A model generated the notes under the pieces. The model worked only from the letters and a program-made list of their open reading frames with translations, was not told where the DNA came from and did no database searches. From an uncultured delta proteobacterium (GTDB lineage: Bacteria > Desulfobacterota > Binatia > Binatales > Binataceae), in contig CAVXXK010000006.1 in assembly GCA_963765675.1 (NCBI GenBank), positions 96,001 through 160,000 on the forward strand: 64,000 nt of DNA, given 5' to 3'. Positions 9,702-18,195 of the stretch are shown one piece after another (position 1 is the stretch's first letter; every line of letters starts with the position of its first letter). The translations under genes were made by a program, and so were the position numbers.

Positions 9702-10916
9702 TCATCGCACCGCCGCCGATTCTGATCCCTCGCCCGGCAAGGGAGATGCCACTGGCACGCGGTCAGGTGAGGATCCTTTAGATGTGGAGGGATGCGGAGC
9801 GCGACTAAAATTCTTCTGTCCGGAGCTTTTTCTGATTCCCTCCCCGATGCGGGCAGGGTGGCGGGCATCGCCCGTCGGGAGAGGTCGCTCTGGATGATTA
9901 GACGCGACAGCATGATCAAATTTCAGAGCAGCACCCTCACCCACGCGCTGCGCGCGTTTCCCTCTCCCGGTGGGAGAGGGTATTTCGGTACGCGCTTCGC
10001 GCGGCTCTGGAGAAGGGGAACTATGGGCCAAAGCTATCGGCCATTCGCCCTCACCCACACGGCTTGACGCCGCGTTGCCCTCTCCCAAAGGGAGAGGGGG
10101 ATTACGAGGGAAATTCTGTACGCGCTGCGCGCAATACTGAGGGTCAATCGCCGCGACGATTCGCGTGAGCGCGCCCGAGCCGCCGAGCTTGTTGCGCGTA
10201 ATGACGGGTTCGAGCCGCAGCCCGTCGAAGAGCGTGGGTGCGCCGGGACGGATGCGGCTGAACGACGCGCCGGCGCGATTCATCGTGAGGCTCAGTGCCG
10301 CGAAGGTTCCGCAAATCCTGCGCGGCGCGATCGCGATCACGGCCGCTCCGCTGCGCTCGGCCGCACGCGCGATACGCAGCACGGCGCTGTCGGGGATCGC
10401 GCGAAAAATATCGCCGAAATCGATTACAACCAGGCCGAAGCCTCCCGCCTCGAGCACCATCTCGGCAGCCTTGAGGACTCGTCCCTCGCGCGAAGTGGCA
10501 GGGCGCATGCGGCTAGCCTCCCGCGGAATCGAAGCCCACAGCACGCGCGCGAGTTCGACTCCGGCCGCGGCGATACTGGCGGGATCGAAAGTGCCTGCAG
10601 CGTCGATCCAGGCAATAACCTCGCCGCTCCCGGTTGCATTGGCAGCGAACGCCGTCGCGAGCGAGGTCCTGCCGGTGCCAGCGCGTCCGATAATTTCGCT
10701 GACCCGTCCGCGCGCGATTCCGCCATCGAGCAGGTCATCGAGCGCATCGATACCCGAAGCGAGCCGCCACGCCTTGCGAGTAAGCTCCCGCCCTCGAAAA
10801 ACTCCTGCAAAATCAGCTAGTTGAGACCTGTTTACTGGGACAGGCGAGGGTATATGGAGAGGCGAAATTGCAGGGGATTGGAAAGAAATCCATGGAGCTT
10901 TAATCGCCGCTGCCAT
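9702..10916 (-). CDS. imuA: ImuA / RecA-like protein with a repeat-derived C-terminal tail of about 130 aa
   Basis: SGIDALDDLLDGGIARGRVSEIIGRAGTGRTS (Walker A with K to R), WIDAAGTFDP, GFGLVVID; first gene of the imuA-imuB-dnaE2 order. Confidence 0.85.
   Translation of the reverse strand: MAAAIKAPWISFQSPAISPLHIPSPVPVNRSQLADFAGVFRGRELTRKAWRLASGIDALDDLLDGGIARGRVSEIIGRAGTGRTSLATAFAANATGSGEVIAWIDAAGTFDPASIAAAGVELARVLWASIPREASRMRPATSREGRVLKAAEMVLEAGGFGLVVIDFGDIFRAIPDSAVLRIARAAERSGAAVIAIAPRRICGTFAALSLTMNRAGASFSRIRPGAPTLFDGLRLEPVITRNKLGGSGALTRIVAAIDPQYCAQRVQNFPRNPPLPLGEGNAASSRVGEGEWPIALAHSSPSPEPREARTEIPSPTGRGKRAQRVGEGAALKFDHAVASNHPERPLPTGDARHPARIGEGIRKSSGQKNFSRAPHPSTSKGSSPDRVPVASPLPGEGSESAAVR
9718..10105. 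repeat. Composite palindromic REP-like element, copy 3, in frame in the 3' end of imuA
   Basis: Shares TTCCCTCCCCGATGCGGGxAGGGTGGCxGGCATCGCCCG with copies 1 and 2, and CAGAGCAGCACCCTCACCCACGCGCTGCGCGCG with copy 2. Confidence 0.9.
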
Positions 10917-10922
10917 GGAATG

Positions 10923-10952
10923 ATTTTCGCTTTTCTTTCGCTGCTAAGTCAA
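10923..10952 (-). promoter_or_regulatory. Putative imuA promoter with a TTCGC-N6-TTCGC direct repeat (candidate LexA-type operator)
   Basis: Minus strand: TTGACT-tagcaGCGAAagaaaaGCGAAaat-cattcc-ATG. The 11-bp-period repeat at 10926-10941 overlaps the spacer and the -10 position. Confidence 0.45.
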
Positions 10953-11068
10953 ACCGAATATTGCGATGAGCTTTTGCATAGATGAGGCTTGATATTCACG
11001 ATCACTTTTTTTGTCAGTGGATGCCGACGGCTCGTCGGCAACGTGAAACGTCTATAGAGGTAAGGTGC

Positions 11069-11452
11069 CTAGCCCGTGTATGTAGCGAGCCACCAGGTGT
11101 TGCCGTAGGAGTCTTTCACGCCGGCGGCGCGTTCCTGATAGGGCTTGTCCGCGGGCTCCGCGATTGACGATGCGCCGGCTTCGAGCGCGCGGCGATAGGC
11201 AGCGTCCACGTCTTCGACATAGACATAGATCGAGGCGCGTGTGCCGCCGGGATGAGGCGGGTCGCCGGCCTCGATCACGATCATCGAGTCGCCAATTTTG
11301 GCTTCGATATGAAAACCGTTACCCACCGGCAGGCGTTCGAGCTCCTGGGCGCCGAAAGCATGCTTCACCAATTCAGGCACCTTAAGATCGCCGTACAGAT
11401 ACGGACGGACGCTGCCGATTCCGTGGCGGATATGTTTGTGTGCGGCGCTCAT
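11069..11452 (-). CDS. VOC/glyoxalase (PhnB-like) protein
   Basis: KIGDSMIVI, YVYVEDVDAAYRRALEAGA, DKPYQERAAGVKDSYGNTWW. Confidence 0.85.
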   Translation of the reverse strand: MSAAHKHIRHGIGSVRPYLYGDLKVPELVKHAFGAQELERLPVGNGFHIEAKIGDSMIVIEAGDPPHPGGTRASIYVYVEDVDAAYRRALEAGASSIAEPADKPYQERAAGVKDSYGNTWWLATYTG

Positions 11453-11569
11453 CGAGATTCCTCCACGCCCGAGTTGATCACAATTGGATGCTTACTACAG
11501 ATCAACCGTTGAGGCGCACGTTGGTTACGCCGTCCGCATCAGATCCATGCGGCGTATGATAATGCGGTT

Positions 11570-12604
11570 TCAGACTTCGCGGTCGATCTGTTCGTCGATA
11601 ATCGCGGCCAGGCTGTCGCGATAGGGCGACGGGCGGAGCTCGCGCAGGATATCGCGCGCGATCTTGACTTCGGCTGCGGCCATCGCGCGCGCCTCGGCGA
11701 TCAAGGCGGGTTCGCGCAGGATCGCGAGTGCGCGCTCGAATGCGGCGCCCGACATCTCGACCCCGTCTTGCAGCATCTGCTTGAGCTCGGGATTGCGCGC
11801 GGCCGCGAGCACCACCGGCAGGGAAGGAATCCCCTCGCGCAGGTCGGAGCCGACCGGTTTACCGATTTTTTCTTCCGGTCCGAGGACGTCGAGCAGGTCG
11901 TCGATCATCTGGAAGGCGAGTCCCATCGCAAGGCCCAGGCGCGCCATCGCGTCGATTCCGGCGGGGCGCATCCCGGCCAGATCGGCGGCGACTTTTCCGC
12001 CCGCGTAGAACAGCGACGCGGTCTTGCGCGCGATCACCTGCCGATAATCGGCGACGCTGGCCGACGCGCTATGCCGCAGGCGCCCCTCCATCACTTCGCC
12101 TTCCGTCAGCTCGATACAGGCCTGCGCGGCGGTGCGGACCAGGTGCTCTTCGAAGCGGCCGCAGATCTCAAAGGCGCGGCAGAACAGGTAGTCGCCGGCG
12201 ATCAGCGTCGGCGCGAAACCATAGCGCGCGAGTGCCGACGGTTTGCCGCGGCGCAGGCGGCCGCCGTCGATAATGTCGTCGTGCAGGAGCGTCGCCGAAT
12301 GAATCAGCTCGAGGGCGATCGCGGCGTCGATTGCGTCTTCGATCTTTTCCTCGGAGCCGCCGCATGCGCGATATACCAGCAGGATGAAAGTAGGGCGCAG
12401 CCGCTTGCCGCCGCCATCGACGAGGTAATGGCAAATCTCCGCGATCAGCGATTCGTTGGAATCGAGCAGGCGGGTGAGCTTGGCCTCGGCGGCAATGAGA
12501 TCAGCTTCGACGATTGATCCAGGACTGACTCCGGCGCGGCGGGCGGAATTGGACGCGGCCGCGTCGCGGCGGCTGGCGAGGTCGATGGCCTTGGCTTTTT
12601 TCAC
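11570..12604 (-). CDS. Polyprenyl diphosphate synthase
   Basis: GGKRLRP, LHDDIID (FARM), RRG, KTA, FQMIDDLLD (SARM), GKPVGSDLREG. Confidence 0.92.
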   Translation of the reverse strand: MKKAKAIDLASRRDAAASNSARRAGVSPGSIVEADLIAAEAKLTRLLDSNESLIAEICHYLVDGGGKRLRPTFILLVYRACGGSEEKIEDAIDAAIALELIHSATLLHDDIIDGGRLRRGKPSALARYGFAPTLIAGDYLFCRAFEICGRFEEHLVRTAAQACIELTEGEVMEGRLRHSASASVADYRQVIARKTASLFYAGGKVAADLAGMRPAGIDAMARLGLAMGLAFQMIDDLLDVLGPEEKIGKPVGSDLREGIPSLPVVLAAARNPELKQMLQDGVEMSGAAFERALAILREPALIAEARAMAAAEVKIARDILRELRPSPYRDSLAAIIDEQIDREV

Positions 12605-12607
12605 GGG

Positions 12608-13384
12608 TTAGCGGAAGAGATCGGCTTCGGCTGGTCGAATGAGTATTTTCGCACTGCCGTCGAAGGGTTGATAGGGGTAACCGCGCACCAGCACGGCCGG
12701 AATCGCTCCAGCCTTTTCCATCAGCAAGCCCGCGGCGCAAGCCAGCTCGTCAGCGATCGCGACGACCGTATGATGCAGCTCGCGGCCGGCGAGGTCGTTA
12801 GTGCCGCGCAGATCGAGCATCGCGTTCATCCCTGCGATTCCGAGGCATATCTCGGTCAGTCCGTCGCGCCACGGACGGCCGAAGGTGTCGGTTACGAGCA
12901 CCGCGAGGTCGACGCCGTAGCGCGCGCGGATACCGGCGCGGATTTTTCGCGCCGAGGCGTCGGGATCGACCGGCAGCAGGATCGCGCTGTCGGTTTCGAG
13001 GCTGTTGGATTCGTCGACGCCCGCGTTCGCGCAGACCCATCCGGGGCCGGTCTCGACGATAATCACGCCGCGATCGTTGCGCACGATCCGGTTCGTCTGG
13101 CGCAGGACCAGCTCGACGGCGCGCGGGTCTTTTTCCCATCTTGCGGCGACGGATTTGGCGAACTCCGAGGGTTCGATGTCGTTCAGATGAACCGTGCGGC
13201 CCTCTGACTTCGAAACGATCTTCTGGCACACGACGATAATGTCGCCGGCGGCGGGCGCCAGTCCGGTATGCTTGAGTCCCTCTCCGATCAGCGCGGCGAG
13301 ATCGTCGCCGGCGTTGATCATCGGGATTCCTTCGATCGCGGTGAGTGTAATCGAACGCATCGGCGAATCCTTCGGCAAAGCCAT
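12608..13384 (-). CDS. cofE: Coenzyme F420-0:gamma-glutamyl ligase
   Basis: KIVSKSEGR, CANAGVDESN, DTFGRPWR, ADELACAA. Confidence 0.92.
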   Translation of the reverse strand: MALPKDSPMRSITLTAIEGIPMINAGDDLAALIGEGLKHTGLAPAAGDIIVVCQKIVSKSEGRTVHLNDIEPSEFAKSVAARWEKDPRAVELVLRQTNRIVRNDRGVIIVETGPGWVCANAGVDESNSLETDSAILLPVDPDASARKIRAGIRARYGVDLAVLVTDTFGRPWRDGLTEICLGIAGMNAMLDLRGTNDLAGRELHHTVVAIADELACAAGLLMEKAGAIPAVLVRGYPYQPFDGSAKILIRPAEADLFR

Positions 13385-13396
13385 CGAATCGATAAC

Positions 13397-14362
13397 CTAC
13401 ACGGGAAGCGCGCGCAGGACTATATCGGCCAGCCGCGCAGCCTTTGCGGGAGTGGTCATTATCGTATCGGTCACGACCGCGCGCATCCCCAGCTTTTCGA
13501 TCTCGGGCGCGAGCGCGCGATCAACGTTATCGATCACGAAAATTCCGGCGATATCCTTATAAAGCCGCGCGACTCCGAGCGCCGAGGCCTCGCTGCCGAG
13601 CCCGCGCAGCATCTTGTCTGCAGGTCCTTTGATCGTTTTGCCGCCGACGATCGGGCTGATCGCGGCGACGCGCGAACGAACGCGCCGCAGCGCTTCGCGC
13701 ACGCCGCGCAGAGCGAAGATTGGGCCGAGCGAGACAAAAGGATTCGACGGCGCCAGGATCACGGCCGCGGATTCACGAATCGCCCGAATCGCGGCTGGCA
13801 GGGGACGCGCGGTGCTCGCGCCGCGCAGCTCGATCTTCTCGACGATTCCGCGCGCGCGTCCGCGCACGAAGTACTGCTGGAACGCGAGCGGCGCGCGTCC
13901 GCGCAGTTTCACGAACGTGCGCACCGGGTCGTCGCTCATCGGCAGAACTTGCGCGCGAACGCCCAGCGCTCGCGCGATTTCCGCCGTCACCTGCGACAGA
14001 CGCGCACCGGCGCGCATCCTGTCGGTGCGGTAGATGTGCGTAGCGAAGTCGCGATCGCCGAGGGTGAACCAATGCGGTCCGTACAGGCGATCGAGTGCCT
14101 CGAGCGTCGTGAAAGATTCATCCTCGCGGCCCCATCCCTGCGCGCGATTGACCACGCCAGCGAGCGTATAGGTCACCGTGTCGATATCGGGCGAGACGTG
14201 GAGGCCATAGAAAAGATCGTCGTCGCCAGTATTGACGACGACGACCAAATTCTCGGGCGCGATCCGTCGTGCCAGACCGCGGATAAACTTAGCAGCACCC
14301 ACTCCCCCCGCAAGCGTGACTATCCGCGAGCGACGGGGAAGGGGAGATCGGGCGCGCGCCAT
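13397..14362 (-). CDS. cofD: 2-phospho-L-lactate transferase
   Basis: LAGGVGAAKF, VNTGDD, SPDIDTVTYTLAG, LGDRD, PMSDD, PSNPFVS, KGPADK. Confidence 0.95.
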   Translation of the reverse strand: MARARSPLPRRSRIVTLAGGVGAAKFIRGLARRIAPENLVVVVNTGDDDLFYGLHVSPDIDTVTYTLAGVVNRAQGWGREDESFTTLEALDRLYGPHWFTLGDRDFATHIYRTDRMRAGARLSQVTAEIARALGVRAQVLPMSDDPVRTFVKLRGRAPLAFQQYFVRGRARGIVEKIELRGASTARPLPAAIRAIRESAAVILAPSNPFVSLGPIFALRGVREALRRVRSRVAAISPIVGGKTIKGPADKMLRGLGSEASALGVARLYKDIAGIFVIDNVDRALAPEIEKLGMRAVVTDTIMTTPAKAARLADIVLRALPV

Positions 14363-15542
14363 TGGGAGCCTTTTTTCCGTAGAGCTTCTTGTAGAGCGTG
14401 TTGCGTTCGACGGCGGTCCGGCCCATCGCGCGCGCTTTTTCTTCGATCAGATCGACCGGCACGAACTCACCCGCCTCGCCTCCGGCCTGCGCCGTGATAC
14501 TTTCCTCCATCAACGTGCCCGAGAAATCGTTGCATCCGGCCTTGAGCGTCAGTGCGGCAAGCTCGACCCCGAGCTTCACCCAGGAGGTCTGCAGATTGTC
14601 GATAGAGCTGCGCAGGAACAGGCGCGAGAACGCGTACATCTGGAAGTCGAGCACGCCGCTCGGAATTTCCTTCACCAGTCCCTTGCGGAACATCACCGTG
14701 TTCTGATGGATAAAGCGCAGCGGCACGAATTCGGTGAAGCCGTGGGTTTGTTTCTGGATCGTGCGCAGCAGATTCAGGTGATTCACGACCTGGCGCGGCG
14801 TCTCGATATGCCCATACATCACGGTCGAGGTAGTGGGCACTCCGGCCGCATGCGCGCTGGTGATAATATCGACCCACGCGGCGACATCGACCTTTTTGTG
14901 CGACAGGATCTCGCGCACCGAGTCGTCGAGGATCTCGGCCGCGGTTCCCGGAATCGAACCCAAACCGTGATCGCGCAGCATCGCGATATAGTCGGGATAT
15001 TCCATCCGCGTGCGCTTGGCGCCGTACATGATCTCCATCGGCGAGAACGCGTGAACGTGAATCGCGGGGAACGCGCCTTTGATCGCGTCGAGCAGGTCGC
15101 GGTACTTGAACGTCGGCATCTCGGGATTTATCCCGCCCTGCATGCAGACTTCGGTGGCGCCGCGCGCGACTGCGTCGGCGACTTTGGCCACGATCGTCGC
15201 GTCGGAATGATCGTAGGCGTCCGACTCCCAGCGCTGGCGCTTGAAGCCGCAGAACTGGCATCCGACGAAGCAGATATTGGTGAAGTTGAGGTTGCGATTT
15301 ACGACGTAGGTGACTTCATCGCCGACGTCTTCCGCCCGCGCGAGGTCCGCGCACTTGACCATCGCGCGCAGATCGTCGCCAACGGCGGTGTAGAGCACGA
15401 GTCCTTCATCCGGCGTGATTTCGATCTTCGCGCGGCTCTTCTCGAGCGCAGCGCGGACCGGCGGAGATGATTTCGCGAGCAGGGCTTCGACCGGAGTCGC
15501 CTCGATTTCATCGACCCAGTTTCGCCATTCGGCAAGATTCAT
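14289..15542 (-). CDS. cofH: FO synthase subunit CofH (radical SAM)
   Basis: NRNLNFTNICFVGCQFC, PGTAAEILDD, MYGHIE, SWVKLG, GTLMEESI; ATGA overlap with the cofG stop. Confidence 0.93.
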   Translation of the reverse strand: MNLAEWRNWVDEIEATPVEALLAKSSPPVRAALEKSRAKIEITPDEGLVLYTAVGDDLRAMVKCADLARAEDVGDEVTYVVNRNLNFTNICFVGCQFCGFKRQRWESDAYDHSDATIVAKVADAVARGATEVCMQGGINPEMPTFKYRDLLDAIKGAFPAIHVHAFSPMEIMYGAKRTRMEYPDYIAMLRDHGLGSIPGTAAEILDDSVREILSHKKVDVAAWVDIITSAHAAGVPTTSTVMYGHIETPRQVVNHLNLLRTIQKQTHGFTEFVPLRFIHQNTVMFRKGLVKEIPSGVLDFQMYAFSRLFLRSSIDNLQTSWVKLGVELAALTLKAGCNDFSGTLMEESITAQAGGEAGEFVPVDLIEEKARAMGRTAVERNTLYKKLYGKKAPNGARPISPSPSLADSHACGGSGCC

Positions 15543-16738
15543 GGTGATGCTCTCCGGGTTCGTTCCCAAATCGCGCGCACATTGGTCGCGACCGCCGGGT
15601 CGAGCCATTCGTCATTTATATATTCTTGGTAAACGGCCAGGCGCTCGCCGAGCTCAAACCCCGCGCGTGCGCACCTTTCGCCGAGCCGCTCGATATGCGG
15701 CCACGGCGCCTCGGGATTCACATAATCTTTCGACAGCGGCGAAATTCCACCCCAGTCGTTGATTCCAGCGCGTAAGAAAAGTTCGATTTCGCCGGGCGAC
15801 AGATTCGGCGGCGCCTGCACGTTCATCGCCGGACCGAGCACCAGCCGCGCAGTCGCGATCGCGCGCGCCATCTCGTACGCCTCGGGCTCGGGCGCGTCGG
15901 CCATCGCGATCTCCGGCTTGGCGCGGAAATTCTGGATGATCACTTCCTGAATATGCCCGTGGCGCTCGTGCGAGTCGCGCAGCGCGACGATACTCTGCGC
16001 GCGCTCGGCGACAGTCTCGCCGATTCCGAGCAGGATTCCGCTGGTGAACGGGATTCGCAGCTCTCCGGCCTCGTCGATCATCTTCATCCTGAGCGCAGGA
16101 TCCTTGTCGGGCGCAGCCTGATGCACTCCGCCGCGCGCGCGCAGCCGCGGCGAGATCGATTCGAGCATCAAACCCATCGAGGCGTTGAGCGGCCTAAGCA
16201 TCGCCATCTCATCGCGGGTCATCAGGCCCGCATTGGTATGCGGCAGCAGCCCTTCGGCCAGGGCGATCTCGCACGCGCGGCCGACGTACTCGATCGTCGA
16301 GCGCACGCCGAGCGTGTCGAGCGTCGCGCGATATTCCTTGAACGCGACCTCGGGCTTGTCGCCCAGGCACATCAGCGCTTCCTTGCATCCGAGCTCGTGC
16401 CCGCGGCGCGACCACTCGGCGATCTCGTCGGGCATCATCGTCCATGCGCCGGGGTCGCCGGGATCTTTGCGAAATGTGCAGTAGGTGCACCGGTCGCGGC
16501 ACAGGTTTGTGATCGGCAGAAAAACTTTGCGCGAGTAGGAGATTGCGCGGCCCTTGCCGCGGTCGCGCAGCTCGCCGGCGGCGGCGAGAAGATCGTCAAG
16601 CTCGCGCGCGGGGCAGTCGATCAAAGCGATCGCGTCGGCCTCTGACAGGCGTGCGCCGCCGAGCGCGCGATCCAGCACCGGGCGAATCGATGCGGCCGAG
16701 CGAGCGGAAGATATAGCGGCAAGCTCTGCGAAGGCCAT
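15539..16738 (-). CDS. cofG: FO synthase subunit CofG (radical SAM)
   Basis: SYSRKVFLPITNLCRDRCTYCTF, PDKDP, QEVIIQNFRAKP, QAPPNL, NDWGGISP, NPEAPWP. Confidence 0.93.
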   Translation of the reverse strand: MAFAELAAISSARSAASIRPVLDRALGGARLSEADAIALIDCPARELDDLLAAAGELRDRGKGRAISYSRKVFLPITNLCRDRCTYCTFRKDPGDPGAWTMMPDEIAEWSRRGHELGCKEALMCLGDKPEVAFKEYRATLDTLGVRSTIEYVGRACEIALAEGLLPHTNAGLMTRDEMAMLRPLNASMGLMLESISPRLRARGGVHQAAPDKDPALRMKMIDEAGELRIPFTSGILLGIGETVAERAQSIVALRDSHERHGHIQEVIIQNFRAKPEIAMADAPEPEAYEMARAIATARLVLGPAMNVQAPPNLSPGEIELFLRAGINDWGGISPLSKDYVNPEAPWPHIERLGERCARAGFELGERLAVYQEYINDEWLDPAVATNVRAIWERTRRASP

Positions 16739-16872
16739 CCTTCGGTCCTTATAAGCCATCGCCCAGATGCAGGCAACCGACAAGTTTCAGTTTGCTACTG
16801 AAGCGGTGTGAGGGCGCCACCGATTTCTGAATTGATAAACCACGCGAGGCTCGCGAGTCTCCCTGGGAGGGC

Positions 16873-17124
16873 TTGCATAACTGCTCGGGAGTGCGTGCCG
16901 GGGCGTGAGGGCGAGATTCCTCGCGATCTCCGCCGCTCCCGGTGATGCGCACGTCCCCTTCTGCATTGCCGAGGCGCGCTCGGAATGACAATTTCTCCTG
17001 GCTTGGTGTCATTCCGAGCGCGATCAGAAAATATATATCGCTTCGTATGCTTCATGCCGCGCGGCAGAGGTCGCGAGGAATCTCGCCCTTACGCACCGGC
17101 GCACGCCCTCGATTGGTTATGCAA
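16873..17124. repeat. 252-bp imperfect palindrome (GAGATTCCTCG/GCTCGGAATGAC REP family), copy A
   Basis: Nested arms TTGCATAAC/GTTATGCAA, GGGCGAGATTCCTCGCGA/TCGCGAGGAATCTCGCCC and CGCGCTCGGAATGACA/TGTCATTCCGAGCGCG. Confidence 0.9.
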
Positions 17125-17148
17125 ACGGATGGCCGCCCGGTCCATGCG

Positions 17149-18102
17149 CTACTTTCCCCGCACCGCGGGAATCACTTCCTCGGCGAAGCGCTGGACCTCG
17201 TCCACCTGGTACGGCGCCATCTGCAGGAAGATGAAATGCGTCACGCCCGCCTTGCGATAACGCTCGATCGTGTCGAGGCATTCCTGCTTGTCGCCGATCA
17301 TGATTTGCGCGCGCGCCTCTTCGGGCTTGATCCCGCTCATCATCCCGACCAGTTGCGTCACCAACTGCTCGCGATCTTTCGACGCCCGGTAGCATTGCCA
17401 CATCATCACGGTCTTCTCGATCTCGTCGGTATCGCGTCCCTCGGTGTCGCCGTGGCGCTCGATCACGTTTACCAGATGCGCCATCCGCTCCGCGCTGCCC
17501 GACGCGTTCCACATGTCGGCATGACGCGCGACCAGCTTGAGCAAGGTCTTCTCGCCCTGTCCGCCGACCATGATCGGCGGATGCGGTTTCGTGATCGGCT
17601 TCGGATTGCAGACCGCGTCCTTCACCTTGTAATGCCGTCCGTCGAGGCTGGTCTTCTCCTGCGTGAACATCCCCTTGATGATCTTGATCGATTCATCCAG
17701 CGCGCCAAGCCGGCCGGGGATAGTTTTGAAATCGATTCCGAAGCTCTGATGCTCCAGCTCGTACCATCCCGCGCCGATTCCGAGATTCAGCCGTCCCTCC
17801 GAAACCGCGTCGAGCGTCGCCGCCATCTTCGCCAGCACGCACGGGTTGCGATAGGTGTTGCCGTTGACCAGCGCGCCGATTCGCGCGCGCTTGGTATGCT
17901 GGCTGAGCGCGGACAGCAGCGTCCATCCTTCCATGCACGGCCCGGTCGGGTCCGGCACGAAGATCGGATAGAAATGATCGAACACCCAAAGCGAGTCGTA
18001 GCCCCATCCGTCGGCTTTGCTCCAAAGGTCGCGGATCTCTTCGTAAGACACGTTTTGCTGCCCGGTCTGAATTCCAAATCGAATCGGATGAGTCGTCGGC
18101 AT
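17149..18102 (-). CDS. LLM-class (probably F420-dependent) oxidoreductase
   Basis: MPTTHPIRFGIQTGQQ, GYDSLWVFDHF, YRNPCVLAKMAATLD, GRLNLGIGAGW, PPIMVGGQGEK. The upstream part of the track ORF is a shadow of the opposite-strand gene. Confidence 0.9.
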   Translation of the reverse strand: MPTTHPIRFGIQTGQQNVSYEEIRDLWSKADGWGYDSLWVFDHFYPIFVPDPTGPCMEGWTLLSALSQHTKRARIGALVNGNTYRNPCVLAKMAATLDAVSEGRLNLGIGAGWYELEHQSFGIDFKTIPGRLGALDESIKIIKGMFTQEKTSLDGRHYKVKDAVCNPKPITKPHPPIMVGGQGEKTLLKLVARHADMWNASGSAERMAHLVNVIERHGDTEGRDTDEIEKTVMMWQCYRASKDREQLVTQLVGMMSGIKPEEARAQIMIGDKQECLDTIERYRKAGVTHFIFLQMAPYQVDEVQRFAEEVIPAVRGK

Positions 18103-18195
18103 CGGCGTTCCTCCTGAAGAACGTTCCAAAGCTACCATCTGCTTCGTGCAATTACTGTGGATGCTGTCTAATCTCGACGCGTGAGGAAAGTGTTT

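Noticed and set aside
4924-10105. CRISPR array or group I/II intron as the source of the repeats
   Set aside because: There is no regular repeat-spacer period, no cas or reverse transcriptase gene, and no recognisable intron ends.
16749-17260. Similar small ORFs at 16749-17260, 22484-22997 and 58494-58691 suggesting a protein family
   Set aside because: They are translations of the 252-bp palindromic repeat, have inconsistent starts and stops, and lack an RBS.
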